64,000 nucleotides of DNA from the NCBI GenBank assembly GCA_046483045.1, contig JAWODY010000036.1, positions 1,848 through 65,847 of the forward strand. The letters run 5' to 3'. Made by a program: the position numbers and the translations under genes. The notes beneath the pieces are model-generated. The model was not told the DNA's origin. It saw only the letters and a program-made list of their open reading frames with translations, and did no database searches. The first letter of the stretch is position 1. Every line of letters begins with the position of its first letter. Below, piece by piece: positions 50,374 to 59,581 of the stretch. This DNA is from Anaerolineales bacterium. Its GTDB lineage: Bacteria; Chloroflexota; Anaerolineae; Anaerolineales; UBA11858.

Positions 50374-51590
50374 ACATTCGATCCGTAACCTATTTTGACA
50401 ACCCCCACCACCCTATCGATCAGGCCGTCCTGGATCGGGCCGGGGAATGTATCAACCAGGCAAGATCCGCATTTAAGGAAGCGGGCTATGAAGTCCAGAC
50501 CGTGCGCTTTGCCACCCCTCCCTTCCCGCGCTTCCTACCTGAGCTGGAAAAGGATAAGGCCCTTTCCTACGCACAGGCTCTGGAATCCGAGCTGACTCAG
50601 CGCGGGTTTGACTATCTGTCTTTGGGACCCGCCCTCCCCTCTCACCCCCACAGTTATCCACTCATCCCCCGCATCCTCCAGGAAACCGAAAATGTCTTTC
50701 TGTCCGGGTCCTTAACCGATCCCGAGAGGGGGATCTCTCTGGCAGCTGTAAAGGCCTGCGGAGAGATCATCCACACCCTGGCCCCTCTGGACCCCAACGG
50801 TTTCGCCAACCTCTACTTCGCCGCCCTGGGAAACGTGCCCCCGGGGGCTCCTTTTTTCCCGGCTGCTTACCACCACCTGGGTCCTCCCGGGTTTGCACTG
50901 GCCATCGAGTGCGCTGACCTTGCCCTGGACGCTTTCCAAAACGCGGAAAGCTTTCAACAGGCCAGGCGGAAACTGATCCAGGACCTGGAAGCCCACAGCG
51001 AAGCACTCACGGCCCGGTCAGCCATCCTTGAAAACACCTTTGGGGTCAGATTTCAAGGCATCGACTACTCCCCGGCCCCCTTCCCGGAAGAAAGCCGCTC
51101 GCTGGGCGCGGCTCTGGAAAGCCTCGGCATCAAAGCCCTCGGAAATCACGGGTCTTTGGCAGCAGCTGCGTTTTTGACGGACAGCATCGACAGGGCGAAA
51201 TTCCCCAGGACAGGTTTCAGCGGCCTGATGGCCCCGGTCTTGGAGGACACGATTCTGGCAGCCCGCGCCGGGGAAGGGTCCCTGACTGTCAAGGATCTCT
51301 TACTCTACTCCGCTGTGTGCGGGACCGGGTTGGATACCCTCCCCTTACCGGGTGATCTCACCGGAGAAGAGATCGGCGCCGTGCTGCTGGATATCGCGGC
51401 CCTCTCACTGCGGCTTGACAAACCTCTTACTGCACGACTGATGCCCATCCCCGGCAAAAAAGCCGGAGATGTCACAAATTTTGATTTCCCCTATTTTGCA
51501 AACAGCAAAGTCATGGCGTTGGAAGCCGAAAAGCTGGACGGGTTGATGAACAGAGATGGGTTTCTCGATATCCAGAGCCAGAACAGGTGA
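50370..51590 (+). CDS. DUF711 (UPF0210) family protein
   Basis: TGFSGLMAPVLED..L, LLYSAVCGTGLDTLPLPGD, KPLTARLMPIPG. ATGA overlap with the MTase stop. Confidence 0.85.
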   Translation: MNIRSVTYFDNPHHPIDQAVLDRAGECINQARSAFKEAGYEVQTVRFATPPFPRFLPELEKDKALSYAQALESELTQRGFDYLSLGPALPSHPHSYPLIPRILQETENVFLSGSLTDPERGISLAAVKACGEIIHTLAPLDPNGFANLYFAALGNVPPGAPFFPAAYHHLGPPGFALAIECADLALDAFQNAESFQQARRKLIQDLEAHSEALTARSAILENTFGVRFQGIDYSPAPFPEESRSLGAALESLGIKALGNHGSLAAAAFLTDSIDRAKFPRTGFSGLMAPVLEDTILAARAGEGSLTVKDLLLYSAVCGTGLDTLPLPGDLTGEEIGAVLLDIAALSLRLDKPLTARLMPIPGKKAGDVTNFDFPYFANSKVMALEAEKLDGLMNRDGFLDIQSQNR

Positions 51591-51634
51591 CAAATTCTGA
51601 ACTGCTCACCCCCATTTTTGTGCGAATCCACATA

Positions 51635-52663
51635 TTAGACTTCTCGCACTGAACCCCTGAGGTACTCCAGGCGAGCCTGGGGAAGTCCAGGCAGGGCATC
51701 CAGGGCATAAAATGGGGTGTCCCCCTCTTCAACCAGGGAGGAGCTGACGTTCCCATATAAAACCGCTTCCAAGGGGTCATAGGTGCGCTGGTAGCCAGCC
51801 AGAAACCCACCGCAGAACGCATCCCCTGCGCCAGTGGGATTGTGGACCCGGGCTGGATAGGCAGGTATCTCCCATCTTCTCCCCCTGTCCGCATCATACA
51901 AAAGCTGGCCCTGCTCACCCCGCCGGATGACGACCACCTGACATCCACAACAGCCAATTTCCGCAGCCATTTTCCACAGATCCACTTCCAGACCGCGGAA
52001 GATCCTCCGCAGATCTTCCTCACGGGGCATGAAAGCGGTGAGGCCGGTTACCAGGCCGGGGAGATCACCGTAGTAGGTAGGTTCCATGTAATCCGGAGCC
52101 GGATCGAGCGTGACCGTGGTGAACCCCATCTGACGTAAGACAGCAGGTAACAAATTATGCGTATGGTAATCAAGGGGGCAAAGGTGAGCCGTGGTTGCTG
52201 ACTGGTAGCTGCCGGGGAGATCATCTTTCCGTAAAGAACGCGCTCCCACCCCTTTTTCAGCTCCCATATTCGATCTCTCAGGATCATAATCCAGGAGAGC
52301 TTTAGGCAACGGGCGCCCAATGCGAGCAAAATTGGACATTGGTTGATCCTCCACCCGGGTCATTTTGTCTGTGTATATATAGAATTTCCTGAGGTCAACC
52401 ACCCGGGGTAGAATCTTTACCCCCTCCACATTTACCCGCCTCCGGGCGAAATCGTCCAGCCAAGACTGCGGATAATTTTCTCCCACTTTGGTAAGGATGC
52501 CCGGCGGAGGATCCTGGTCCCAGACAAGATATCCAACGGCAGCGTAAAGCGCATTTCCCCCCGGGATATCCAAGACAGGATGGTCATCCACGGTAATAAA
52601 AAATTCCCGGGACAGCGCTCCCGCAAAGATCACCCTGGGAGCAGGTAAATCCAGATCCGTCAT
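51635..52663 (-). CDS. PfkB family carbohydrate kinase
   Basis: PGGNALYAAVG; NPTGAGDAFCGGFLAG. Confidence 0.88.
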   Translation of the reverse strand: MTDLDLPAPRVIFAGALSREFFITVDDHPVLDIPGGNALYAAVGYLVWDQDPPPGILTKVGENYPQSWLDDFARRRVNVEGVKILPRVVDLRKFYIYTDKMTRVEDQPMSNFARIGRPLPKALLDYDPERSNMGAEKGVGARSLRKDDLPGSYQSATTAHLCPLDYHTHNLLPAVLRQMGFTTVTLDPAPDYMEPTYYGDLPGLVTGLTAFMPREEDLRRIFRGLEVDLWKMAAEIGCCGCQVVVIRRGEQGQLLYDADRGRRWEIPAYPARVHNPTGAGDAFCGGFLAGYQRTYDPLEAVLYGNVSSSLVEEGDTPFYALDALPGLPQARLEYLRGSVREV

Positions 52664-52687
52664 CGTATTTGCATAGTTTTTAGCGGG

Positions 52688-52906
52688 TCACTTCCCAATT
52701 TTTGACACCTGGCGCATAAGGGAAAGGAGAGATCCCCCTAATTTCAGTCCATCGCGCGCTGAAAAATGGATCTCATCCTCTTCCTCCAGACGGCTGACCA
52801 GCAAATAACCCGCCCCTGCACCCGTCAAAGCGCCGATCAATGCGCCCAAGAATATGATTTTGGACTGGTTCGTTTCTTTGATTTGGATTTCTTTATTCGT
52901 TGTCAT
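52688..52906 (-). CDS. Small membrane protein (YtxH-like N-terminus)
   Basis: FLGALIGALTGAGAGYLL TM; SD-like aaggtg. Confidence 0.65.
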   Translation of the reverse strand: MTTNKEIQIKETNQSKIIFLGALIGALTGAGAGYLLVSRLEEEDEIHFSARDGLKLGGSLLSLMRQVSKIGK

Positions 52907-52951
52907 ACGTCACCTTTTGGTAAAAGTGTGAAACTAGATGGAGTAAAAAAG

Positions 52952-53347
52952 TTACTTTCTCTTTCTAAATACGGATTTCAACCCCGCCCTGATGGACTTC
53001 ATGCGTAAAATGGGCTCAACTGCCTTCTCCGAAAAATTAACCACCCCTTGGTTCATCCGGTCCAAGAATGTCCGCACCCGCGCTGTACCTTTGGGTAGAA
53101 TTTTTATCAACCGCAGCAACCCATAGATTAACACGCCCAGCAAAGCCAGAGGGATCAGAGAAAAAACCAGGACAGGGATGATCAGGACCACGGCAGAGGT
53201 ATCCGCGAAGCGGCTCACATCCGCCCCTCCTGCCGCCGCGGCCACAGCCCAAACCCCCAACCCCAGGATGGCTGCGCTGCCGATAATCAGGGGGAGATAA
53301 ACCTGCCAAAACGCTGCTTTTCGATGAGTCTGTATTTTTTCATCCAT
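52952..53347 (-). CDS. Hypothetical 2-TM membrane protein
   Basis: Start moved to MDEKIQ; two hydrophobic helices and an amphipathic C-terminus. Confidence 0.65.
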   Translation of the reverse strand: MDEKIQTHRKAAFWQVYLPLIIGSAAILGLGVWAVAAAAGGADVSRFADTSAVVLIIPVLVFSLIPLALLGVLIYGLLRLIKILPKGTARVRTFLDRMNQGVVNFSEKAVEPILRMKSIRAGLKSVFRKRK

Positions 53348-53570
53348 GATGATGATATTGTAGCATGCTTTTTTTCTCTGGCCACATCTGCGGTGAAATC
53401 CATTTTTCAGGCCCGGCCCTTCTCGCCTAAAACGTACACAGGACATGTTATACTGAACAAAAGACCCATCCAGAAACACGCTCGTTCGACGCCCGAGAAT
53501 GGAGGGGAAACGCTCAAAACCCGGACGGCGTCCCATAGCTGATCATTCTTTAGTAGGCAGGAGTGGACCC

Positions 53571-54503
53571 ATGATAGAAGTAGCTTTGATGGTAGAAGGA
53601 CAAAATGGACTGACCTGGAAGCGCTGGAAACGCATGGTTACGGACGCGGAGGACTTAGGTTTTGTGGGCTTGTTTCGATCCGATCACTTTACCAACGCCA
53701 GCCCACCGGACAAACCCTCCCTGGAATTATGGACCTCGCTGACCTGGCTTGCTGACAACACCAGCCGGATTGAATTCGGCCCCCTTGTCTCCCCGGTCTC
53801 ATTCCGGCATCCCACCCTCACAGCCCGGATGGCGGCGGCTGTGGACGATCTCTCAGCAGGGAGATTGATCCTGGGGCTTGGGGCTGGATGGCAGGAACGG
53901 GAACACCACAAATTTGGACACGACTTGCTGGAGGTACCCCAACGATTCGACCGCTTTGAAGAGGGAGTGGAGGTGATTACCAAACTACTGCAGAACGAGG
54001 AACCTTCCACGTTTGAAGGGGAGTATTTCCAGATCCGGGAGGCCCAGCTGCTGCCCCGGCCCCAACGGGACGGCGGCCCTCCCATTTTAATCGGCGGAAA
54101 CGGCCCCCAACGCACGCTGCCCCTCACAGCGCGCTTTGCAGACGAATGGAACGGGTTGTTCAATCCCCCCGAGAAATTTGGGGAGTTAAACCAGCGGCTG
54201 GACGAACTGCTGCAGGAGGAAGATCGAGAGCCCGGGAAAGTTCGGCGTTCCCTGATGACCGGCTGTATTTACGGTGATAGCGATGAGGAAGTGACCTCGA
54301 AAGTGGAACAGCGCGCGAATGGAAAATACACAGCGGATCAGCTGCGCGACCGGGGGTTGATCGTCGGCACTTCTGAGCAAATCGTGAAACAATTGGAAGG
54401 ATATGCAGAAGCAGGAGCAGACCGGGTCATGCTGCAGTGGCTCGACCTCAATGACATGGACGGTTTGCAATCCCTGGCGGAAGGGGTGCTGCCCCGGGTA
54501 TGA
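53571..54503 (+). CDS. LLM-class (luciferase-like), probably F420-dependent oxidoreductase
   Basis: MVEGQNGLTW, FRSDHF, GPLVSP..FRHP, GRLILGLGAGWQEREH, ILIGGNG..RTL. Confidence 0.88.
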   Translation: MIEVALMVEGQNGLTWKRWKRMVTDAEDLGFVGLFRSDHFTNASPPDKPSLELWTSLTWLADNTSRIEFGPLVSPVSFRHPTLTARMAAAVDDLSAGRLILGLGAGWQEREHHKFGHDLLEVPQRFDRFEEGVEVITKLLQNEEPSTFEGEYFQIREAQLLPRPQRDGGPPILIGGNGPQRTLPLTARFADEWNGLFNPPEKFGELNQRLDELLQEEDREPGKVRRSLMTGCIYGDSDEEVTSKVEQRANGKYTADQLRDRGLIVGTSEQIVKQLEGYAEAGADRVMLQWLDLNDMDGLQSLAEGVLPRV

Positions 54504-54546
54504 ATCGGCCTTCAGATTCCCCACTTAACTCCCTTCTGGTTGAAAG

Positions 54547-56232
54547 ATGAAACGAAAAGAAACATGGAATCGCATTCGTAAAGACCCGGAGGTCTCCGTC
54601 CTCATCATCGGGGCCGGGATCAACGGCATCGGCACGTTCCGGGATTTGGCACTGCAAGGCGTGGATTGCTTGATCGTCGACCAGGGAGATTTCTGCTCCG
54701 GAGCGAGCATGGCATCCTCCCACATGCTGCACGGCGGCATCCGCTACCTTGAAAACGGCGAATTTCGCCTGGTCCGGGAGGCGCTCCATGAGCGGAATAA
54801 CCTGCTCCGCAACGCCCCCCACCTCACCCGTCCTCTGCCCACGACCATCCCCATCTTCAAATGGTTTTCCGGCTTGTTCAACGCCCCCTTAAAATTCATC
54901 GGCCTGCTTGACAAACCCGCGGAGCGGGGCGCGATCATCATCAAAATAGGCTTGATGCTCTACGATGCCTATGTGCGCGGTGACAGCCCGATGCCCGGAC
55001 ACCACATGGACAACCGTCAGGAAGCGCTGAGGAAATGGCCCCAGCTCAATCCCCGGATCCGATTCGCTGCCACCTATTACGATGGGGCTATGCCCTCCCC
55101 GGAACGCCTGTCTATGGAGATATTGCAGGATGGAGAAGCGGAAGGGGACCACGCCGCGGCTCTCAATTATGTCAGCGCTGTGGGCTCTACGGAGGGCGCA
55201 GTCCTGCTCAGGGACGAACTCAGTGGGGAAGAACTTCCCGTCCGCCCGCAGATCGTGGTCAATGCCGGGGGTCCCTGGATCGATTTCGTCAACGCCAGGG
55301 TCGACGGGAAGACCCAGTTCATAGGGGGAACCAAAGGATCCCATCTGATCATCGATCACCCGGGATTGAGAGAGGCCATCGGGGACCACGAATTCTTCTT
55401 CGAATATGTTGACGGCCGGATTGTGCTCATCTTCCCTTTCCGGGACCAAGTGCTGCTGGGGACGACGGACATCCGCATCGAGGATCCCGATCAGGCCGCC
55501 TGCACGGAGGAGGAAATTGAGTATATTCTGGGCATGGTGCCCCATGTCTTCCCTGAACTCGAGGTTAGGCGCCAGGACATCATCTTCCAGTTTTCCGGCG
55601 TCCGCCCCCTACCCCCGGCCAGGGGGGCCACCGGGCAGATCAGCCGGGACCATTCCATTGAGATCGTCGAAAAGAACCCCGGACAACCCTGGCCCATCCT
55701 CAGCCTGGTGGGCGGAAAATGGACCAGCTACCGGGCCCTCTCCGAAGAGACGTCCGATGAAGTTCTCCAGCGGCTGGGTAAAAGGCGCCGAGCGAGCACC
55801 GAGTCTCTGCCCATCGGGGGCGGTGCTGGATATCCATCGAATGAAGAAAAACAAAAGGCCTGGATTGAGGACCTGGCTGCTCAAACTAACCTCTCCACAA
55901 ACCGCGCCCGCATCCTGTTTGCACGCTACGGCACCCGGGCGGAGGAGATCGCCTCGTACCTGGCCCAGGGGCAGGACCGTCCTCTGGAACACCATTCCAG
56001 ATACAGCTGGCGTGAGATCGCTTACCTAGTAAAAAACGAGATGGTCACCCATCTCGATGATCTCATCCTGCGCCGCTCGCTCCTGGCCTGGCTGGGACAA
56101 CTCACCCCAGATCTTTTAAAGGAACTGGCGGAGATCACAGCCCAGCAGTTGAATTGGTCTCGAGAAAGGGTAGAAAAAGAAATCGAGCGGACCCGGGAGA
56201 TCCTTTCCCACGACCACGGGGTGACATTCTAG
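54547..56232 (+). CDS. glpD: FAD-dependent glycerol-3-phosphate dehydrogenase
   Basis: IIGAGING, SSHMLHGGIRYLE, GTKGSHL, FSGVRPL, GGKWTSYR. Confidence 0.92.
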   Translation: MKRKETWNRIRKDPEVSVLIIGAGINGIGTFRDLALQGVDCLIVDQGDFCSGASMASSHMLHGGIRYLENGEFRLVREALHERNNLLRNAPHLTRPLPTTIPIFKWFSGLFNAPLKFIGLLDKPAERGAIIIKIGLMLYDAYVRGDSPMPGHHMDNRQEALRKWPQLNPRIRFAATYYDGAMPSPERLSMEILQDGEAEGDHAAALNYVSAVGSTEGAVLLRDELSGEELPVRPQIVVNAGGPWIDFVNARVDGKTQFIGGTKGSHLIIDHPGLREAIGDHEFFFEYVDGRIVLIFPFRDQVLLGTTDIRIEDPDQAACTEEEIEYILGMVPHVFPELEVRRQDIIFQFSGVRPLPPARGATGQISRDHSIEIVEKNPGQPWPILSLVGGKWTSYRALSEETSDEVLQRLGKRRRASTESLPIGGGAGYPSNEEKQKAWIEDLAAQTNLSTNRARILFARYGTRAEEIASYLAQGQDRPLEHHSRYSWREIAYLVKNEMVTHLDDLILRRSLLAWLGQLTPDLLKELAEITAQQLNWSRERVEKEIERTREILSHDHGVTF

Positions 56233-56367
56233 AGCTCTGAAATTCATATCCGCTCCATAATAGTGTCCCCATTTCAAGATCCATAACAGCGGTAGGCGGT
56301 TTTTCACCCATATCGAGACTCATTTAAAATCCAGTTAAGACCCTTAAAACCCAAAAGGAAGATTGGA

Positions 56368-56565
56368 ATGACCGAATTCTTAAAGATCGCCCACCTTGGT
56401 GAGGATGATGTCAAACGCCTTAAAACAGCAGAAAAAGAAATGGGCGTGCACATCATGGCCTTTGAATCAGGCCTGGACATCGCGGACCTTTCCGAGGAAC
56501 AAATTGACCGCGTCCAACGTCTCGAGGAAGAGCTGGGCTTGACGCTTGTCGTTTATCAAAAATGA
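56368..56565 (+). CDS. Small hypothetical protein (65 aa)
   Basis: aaggaag SD; two internally similar halves (IAHLGEDDVKRLK..EKEMG and IADLSEEQIDRVQ.LEEELG). Confidence 0.7.
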   Translation: MTEFLKIAHLGEDDVKRLKTAEKEMGVHIMAFESGLDIADLSEEQIDRVQRLEEELGLTLVVYQK

Positions 56566-56662
56566 ATGGACATTCAGCAGATCGCTGATCACCGGCTGAG
56601 ACGTCTGACCGGTTTATCCCCTATGGACGTTTCAGGAAGATAATGTGGTGAAACAAAACCGC

Positions 56663-57427
56663 CTACTCTTCCGAGGACTCCGTTGTAGGAGTGGTTGGAT
56701 CAGGGCTGGGCGTGGCCTCGGGGGTGGGGGTTTCCGTGGGGGTGGGTGTGATCGTCGGCGTCTCGCTGGCGGTCGGTGTTTGCGTGGGCGTGGGAGTCGC
56801 GGTCGCGCTGCTTGTGACCTCAATTTCCACGTAAAAGGTATTTCCGAACGAGAACCCACTCTCATTCATGATCGTCCAGGTCCCGGTATACGTTCCCGCT
56901 TCGAAGGGGGCTTTCATGTCGATCGAAACATCGTACGTCTCCCCCGGCTGGACCGTTCCGCTGATTTGAATCGACTCTCCCTCCAGCTTATCCCCACTTA
57001 GAAAGTTGACGCTGTAGTCCTCCGTCCACTCACAGGTCCCCGTATTTTCGATGCGCCACGTCTTGGTGAAGGTTTCCCCGGGGCCCATCTCCGTGCCGTC
57101 CGGGATGGAGACATCCGTCACAAAGCGGGCGTCGTCGCAGGGATCGCCTGACGACCCGGACGTGGGGGTGGCAAACGGGGTGGAGGTGCCGGAGGTGCTG
57201 ACCGGCGTGAAGGACGGGGGAGGGGTGTCAGTGGGCGGGAGGGAAGTGGTTGGCACCGCGGTCCCGGTAGACTGGGGGGTGAGGGAAAGGGAAGCGACCA
57301 GCGTCTGCGCGCCCCGGATCTGGGTCACCTGGGCTGTTTCCGTGAGCATCCTCTGATTCTGCAGGCGGCAGCCACTGAGAAGGACAAGAACCAGAATCAA
57401 AATCCATATTCTCCGTTTAACTGCCAT
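56663..57427 (-). CDS. Lipoprotein with NBR1-like Ig domain and Pro/Thr-rich flanks
   Basis: LSGC lipobox; C.DARFVTDVSIPDGT...FTKTWRIENTGTCEW; ggagg SD. Confidence 0.85.
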   Translation of the reverse strand: MAVKRRIWILILVLVLLSGCRLQNQRMLTETAQVTQIRGAQTLVASLSLTPQSTGTAVPTTSLPPTDTPPPSFTPVSTSGTSTPFATPTSGSSGDPCDDARFVTDVSIPDGTEMGPGETFTKTWRIENTGTCEWTEDYSVNFLSGDKLEGESIQISGTVQPGETYDVSIDMKAPFEAGTYTGTWTIMNESGFSFGNTFYVEIEVTSSATATPTPTQTPTASETPTITPTPTETPTPEATPSPDPTTPTTESSEE

Positions 57428-57550
57428 CTGTTCCTCCTTCCACATCACCTCGATCCAACCGATATACCTATACGCAACTCACACCAACCGGTCTGAAATA
57501 GGAAAGACAGTATAACAGAAAAAAGTCAATCAGAACACATTCCCTCGTTC

Positions 57551-57579
57551 TTGACAGTCAATTTGATGCATGTTATAGT
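57551..57579 (+). promoter_or_regulatory. Sigma-70 promoter of Trp T-box leader
   Basis: TTGACA-N17-TATAGT with TG extension. Confidence 0.8.
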
Positions 57580-57599
57580 TAGGCCCAAGTGAATAAAGA

Positions 57600-57950
57600 A
57601 AGATCGTGAAGAGGAAGAGTAAACCCCAGAACGGCGGTCCAGAGAGTGAGGCCCAGGTGAGATCCTTACCCGTCCGCTGAGGTTGAATGGCCCTCGGAAT
57701 CGCCCAGGCGAACCGCTGGAAACGGCGTATTAACCTGAGCCGGAGGTACTCCGTTATCACAGTACGGCAGTTGCCATAAAAGGAACGTGAACCCTTTTAG
57801 TAGACTGCACAAAGAAGTGAGGCTGGCTTTGATGGATTCCCCGTCGTGTTTCATCGACGGGTTTTTGTTTTAACCTCGACCAGCCTAACCAAGGTGGCAC
57901 CGCGAACGCCTTCTCTCGCCCTTGATGCGTGAGAAGGCGTTTTTGTTTTC
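57600..57950 (+). ncRNA. T-box riboswitch (Trp)
   Basis: GAGGAAGAGTA, AGAGAG, GGTGAGA; specifier GAA-TGG at 57685-57690; CCGTTATCA; T-box AACCAAGGTGGCACCGCG at about 57887-57904; terminator AACGCCTTCTC/GAGAAGGCGTT followed by a T tract. Confidence 0.93.
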
Positions 57951-58076
57951 AGCTCATCAATACGGACACCGATCAAGGAGGTTCTCCCATGGAAAAGTGC
58001 ACTTAAGTCCATCTCTTATGCATTCAGAACCTAAAAAAAACAGGCTTTACCACACATTTCAACTGAGGAGAAGAAC

Positions 58077-59312
58077 ATGAACATAAAAGAAAACGGAAAG
58101 GGAATTTTCGGGCAGTTCGGAGGCGTGTACCTCCCGGAAGGACTGGCAGCCATTTTGGAAAACCTGGCACAAGGATATGAAAGGCTGCGATCGGACCCGA
58201 CATTCCAAAAAGAATTGAAAAAACTCTACCGTGAATACGCCAACCGCCCCAGCTTGCTGTACTTCGCGGAACGGTTGACCGAAGACATCGGAGGTCCCAA
58301 GGTCTATCTCAAACGGGAGGACCTCAACCACACCGGGGCCCATAAGATCAACAACGTCATCGGCCAGGGCTTGGTGGCCCGCTCTCTGGGGAAAACGAAA
58401 CTGATCGCTGAAACGGGCGCCGGGCAGCATGGGACAGCGACCGCCACCATCGCCGCCTACCTGGGGTTGGAGTGCGAGATCTTCATGGGCCAGCGGGACA
58501 TCAAAGCCCAGAAACCCAACGTGTACCGCATGCGGGCCCTGGGGGCCAAAGTGACGCCCGTCTCCCAGGGACAGGGCACCTTGAAGGACGCCGTGGACGC
58601 GGCCCTGATGACTTATGCCAAAGAGGTAGATCAGGCCTATTATCTGCTCGGTTCCGCGGTCGGCCCCCACCCCTACCCGACCATGGTCAGGGATTTTCAG
58701 AAAATCATCGGCGAGGAGATCAAGGAACAGATCCAGGAAACAGAAAACCGCCTCCCCACCGCGGTCATCGCCTGCGTGGGCGGGGGCAGCAACGCCCTGG
58801 GCGCTTTCACGGCCTTTATCCCCGACCGCGGTGTGGAGATCGTGGCCGTGGAGCCGGCCGGGAAAGGCAAGCTGACCGGGCAGCACGGCCTGGCCCTCGG
58901 CACAGGGCTGCCGGGCGTCATCCACGGCTTTAAGACCCTGGTCTTGAGCGATGAAAACGGCGAGGTCAAGCAGTCCTACAGCGCAGCCTCCGGGCTGGAT
59001 TATCCGGGCGTGAGTCCCATTCTCTCCCACCTCAAGGAAACCGGGCGCCTGACCCTCGGGGAGGTCACGGATCAAGAGGCCGTGCAGGCCCTCCTCCATC
59101 TCTCAAGACTGGAGGGCATCATCCCCGCCCTGGAATCCGCCCACGCCGTGGCTTACCTGCTTCAAAACCCTGAGCGGTATGGACCGGAGGATATGGTGGT
59201 CATCAACCTCTCCGGCCGGGGCGACAAAGATGTGGAAAACGTCTTTGAAAACCTGCTGGAGGAATCCAGTGAAACAGCTCCCGTCGGGATGCAGATTGAA
59301 GAAATAAGCTAA
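58077..59312 (+). CDS. trpB: Tryptophan synthase beta subunit (TrpB1 type), no adjacent trpA
   Basis: FGQFGG.Y, LKREDLNHTGAHKINN, AETGAGQHG, GGGSNA, SAASGLDYPGV, EGIIPALESAHA, NLSGRGDKD. Confidence 0.96.
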   Translation: MNIKENGKGIFGQFGGVYLPEGLAAILENLAQGYERLRSDPTFQKELKKLYREYANRPSLLYFAERLTEDIGGPKVYLKREDLNHTGAHKINNVIGQGLVARSLGKTKLIAETGAGQHGTATATIAAYLGLECEIFMGQRDIKAQKPNVYRMRALGAKVTPVSQGQGTLKDAVDAALMTYAKEVDQAYYLLGSAVGPHPYPTMVRDFQKIIGEEIKEQIQETENRLPTAVIACVGGGSNALGAFTAFIPDRGVEIVAVEPAGKGKLTGQHGLALGTGLPGVIHGFKTLVLSDENGEVKQSYSAASGLDYPGVSPILSHLKETGRLTLGEVTDQEAVQALLHLSRLEGIIPALESAHAVAYLLQNPERYGPEDMVVINLSGRGDKDVENVFENLLEESSETAPVGMQIEEIS

Positions 59313-59342
59313 AAATCTCAATCGAACCAAACCTGGAATGCA

Positions 59343-59375
59343 AAGTGGGGGCGATCCTGGAGATCGCCCCCACTT
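59343..59375. other. Perfect 14-bp hairpin without U tract
   Basis: AAGTGGGGGCGATC-ctgga-GATCGCCCCCACTT. Confidence 0.8.
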
Positions 59376-59581
59376 CATCTCACTTCAGCAGCTTGAGTGT
59401 GCTGTCTTTTCATCCAAAACATTCAGGACAGACAAAGGTTTGAGGGATACAGCAGCACAAACGCCAATCCGTAAGTATAATAATTCCACTCACAATCAAC
59501 AATTAACGGTAAACTCCGCGGCCAAAGTACATCTGTGCCCCTGCCATTCATCCTTCCTGATCACCTTAGGAGATCTTCCCC

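Noticed and set aside
58059-59099. 346-aa minus-strand ORF
   Set aside because: Antisense shadow of trpB.
59380-59581. SAM riboswitch or Met T-box before metY
   Set aside because: No S-box core or T-box GGTGGnACC motif was found.
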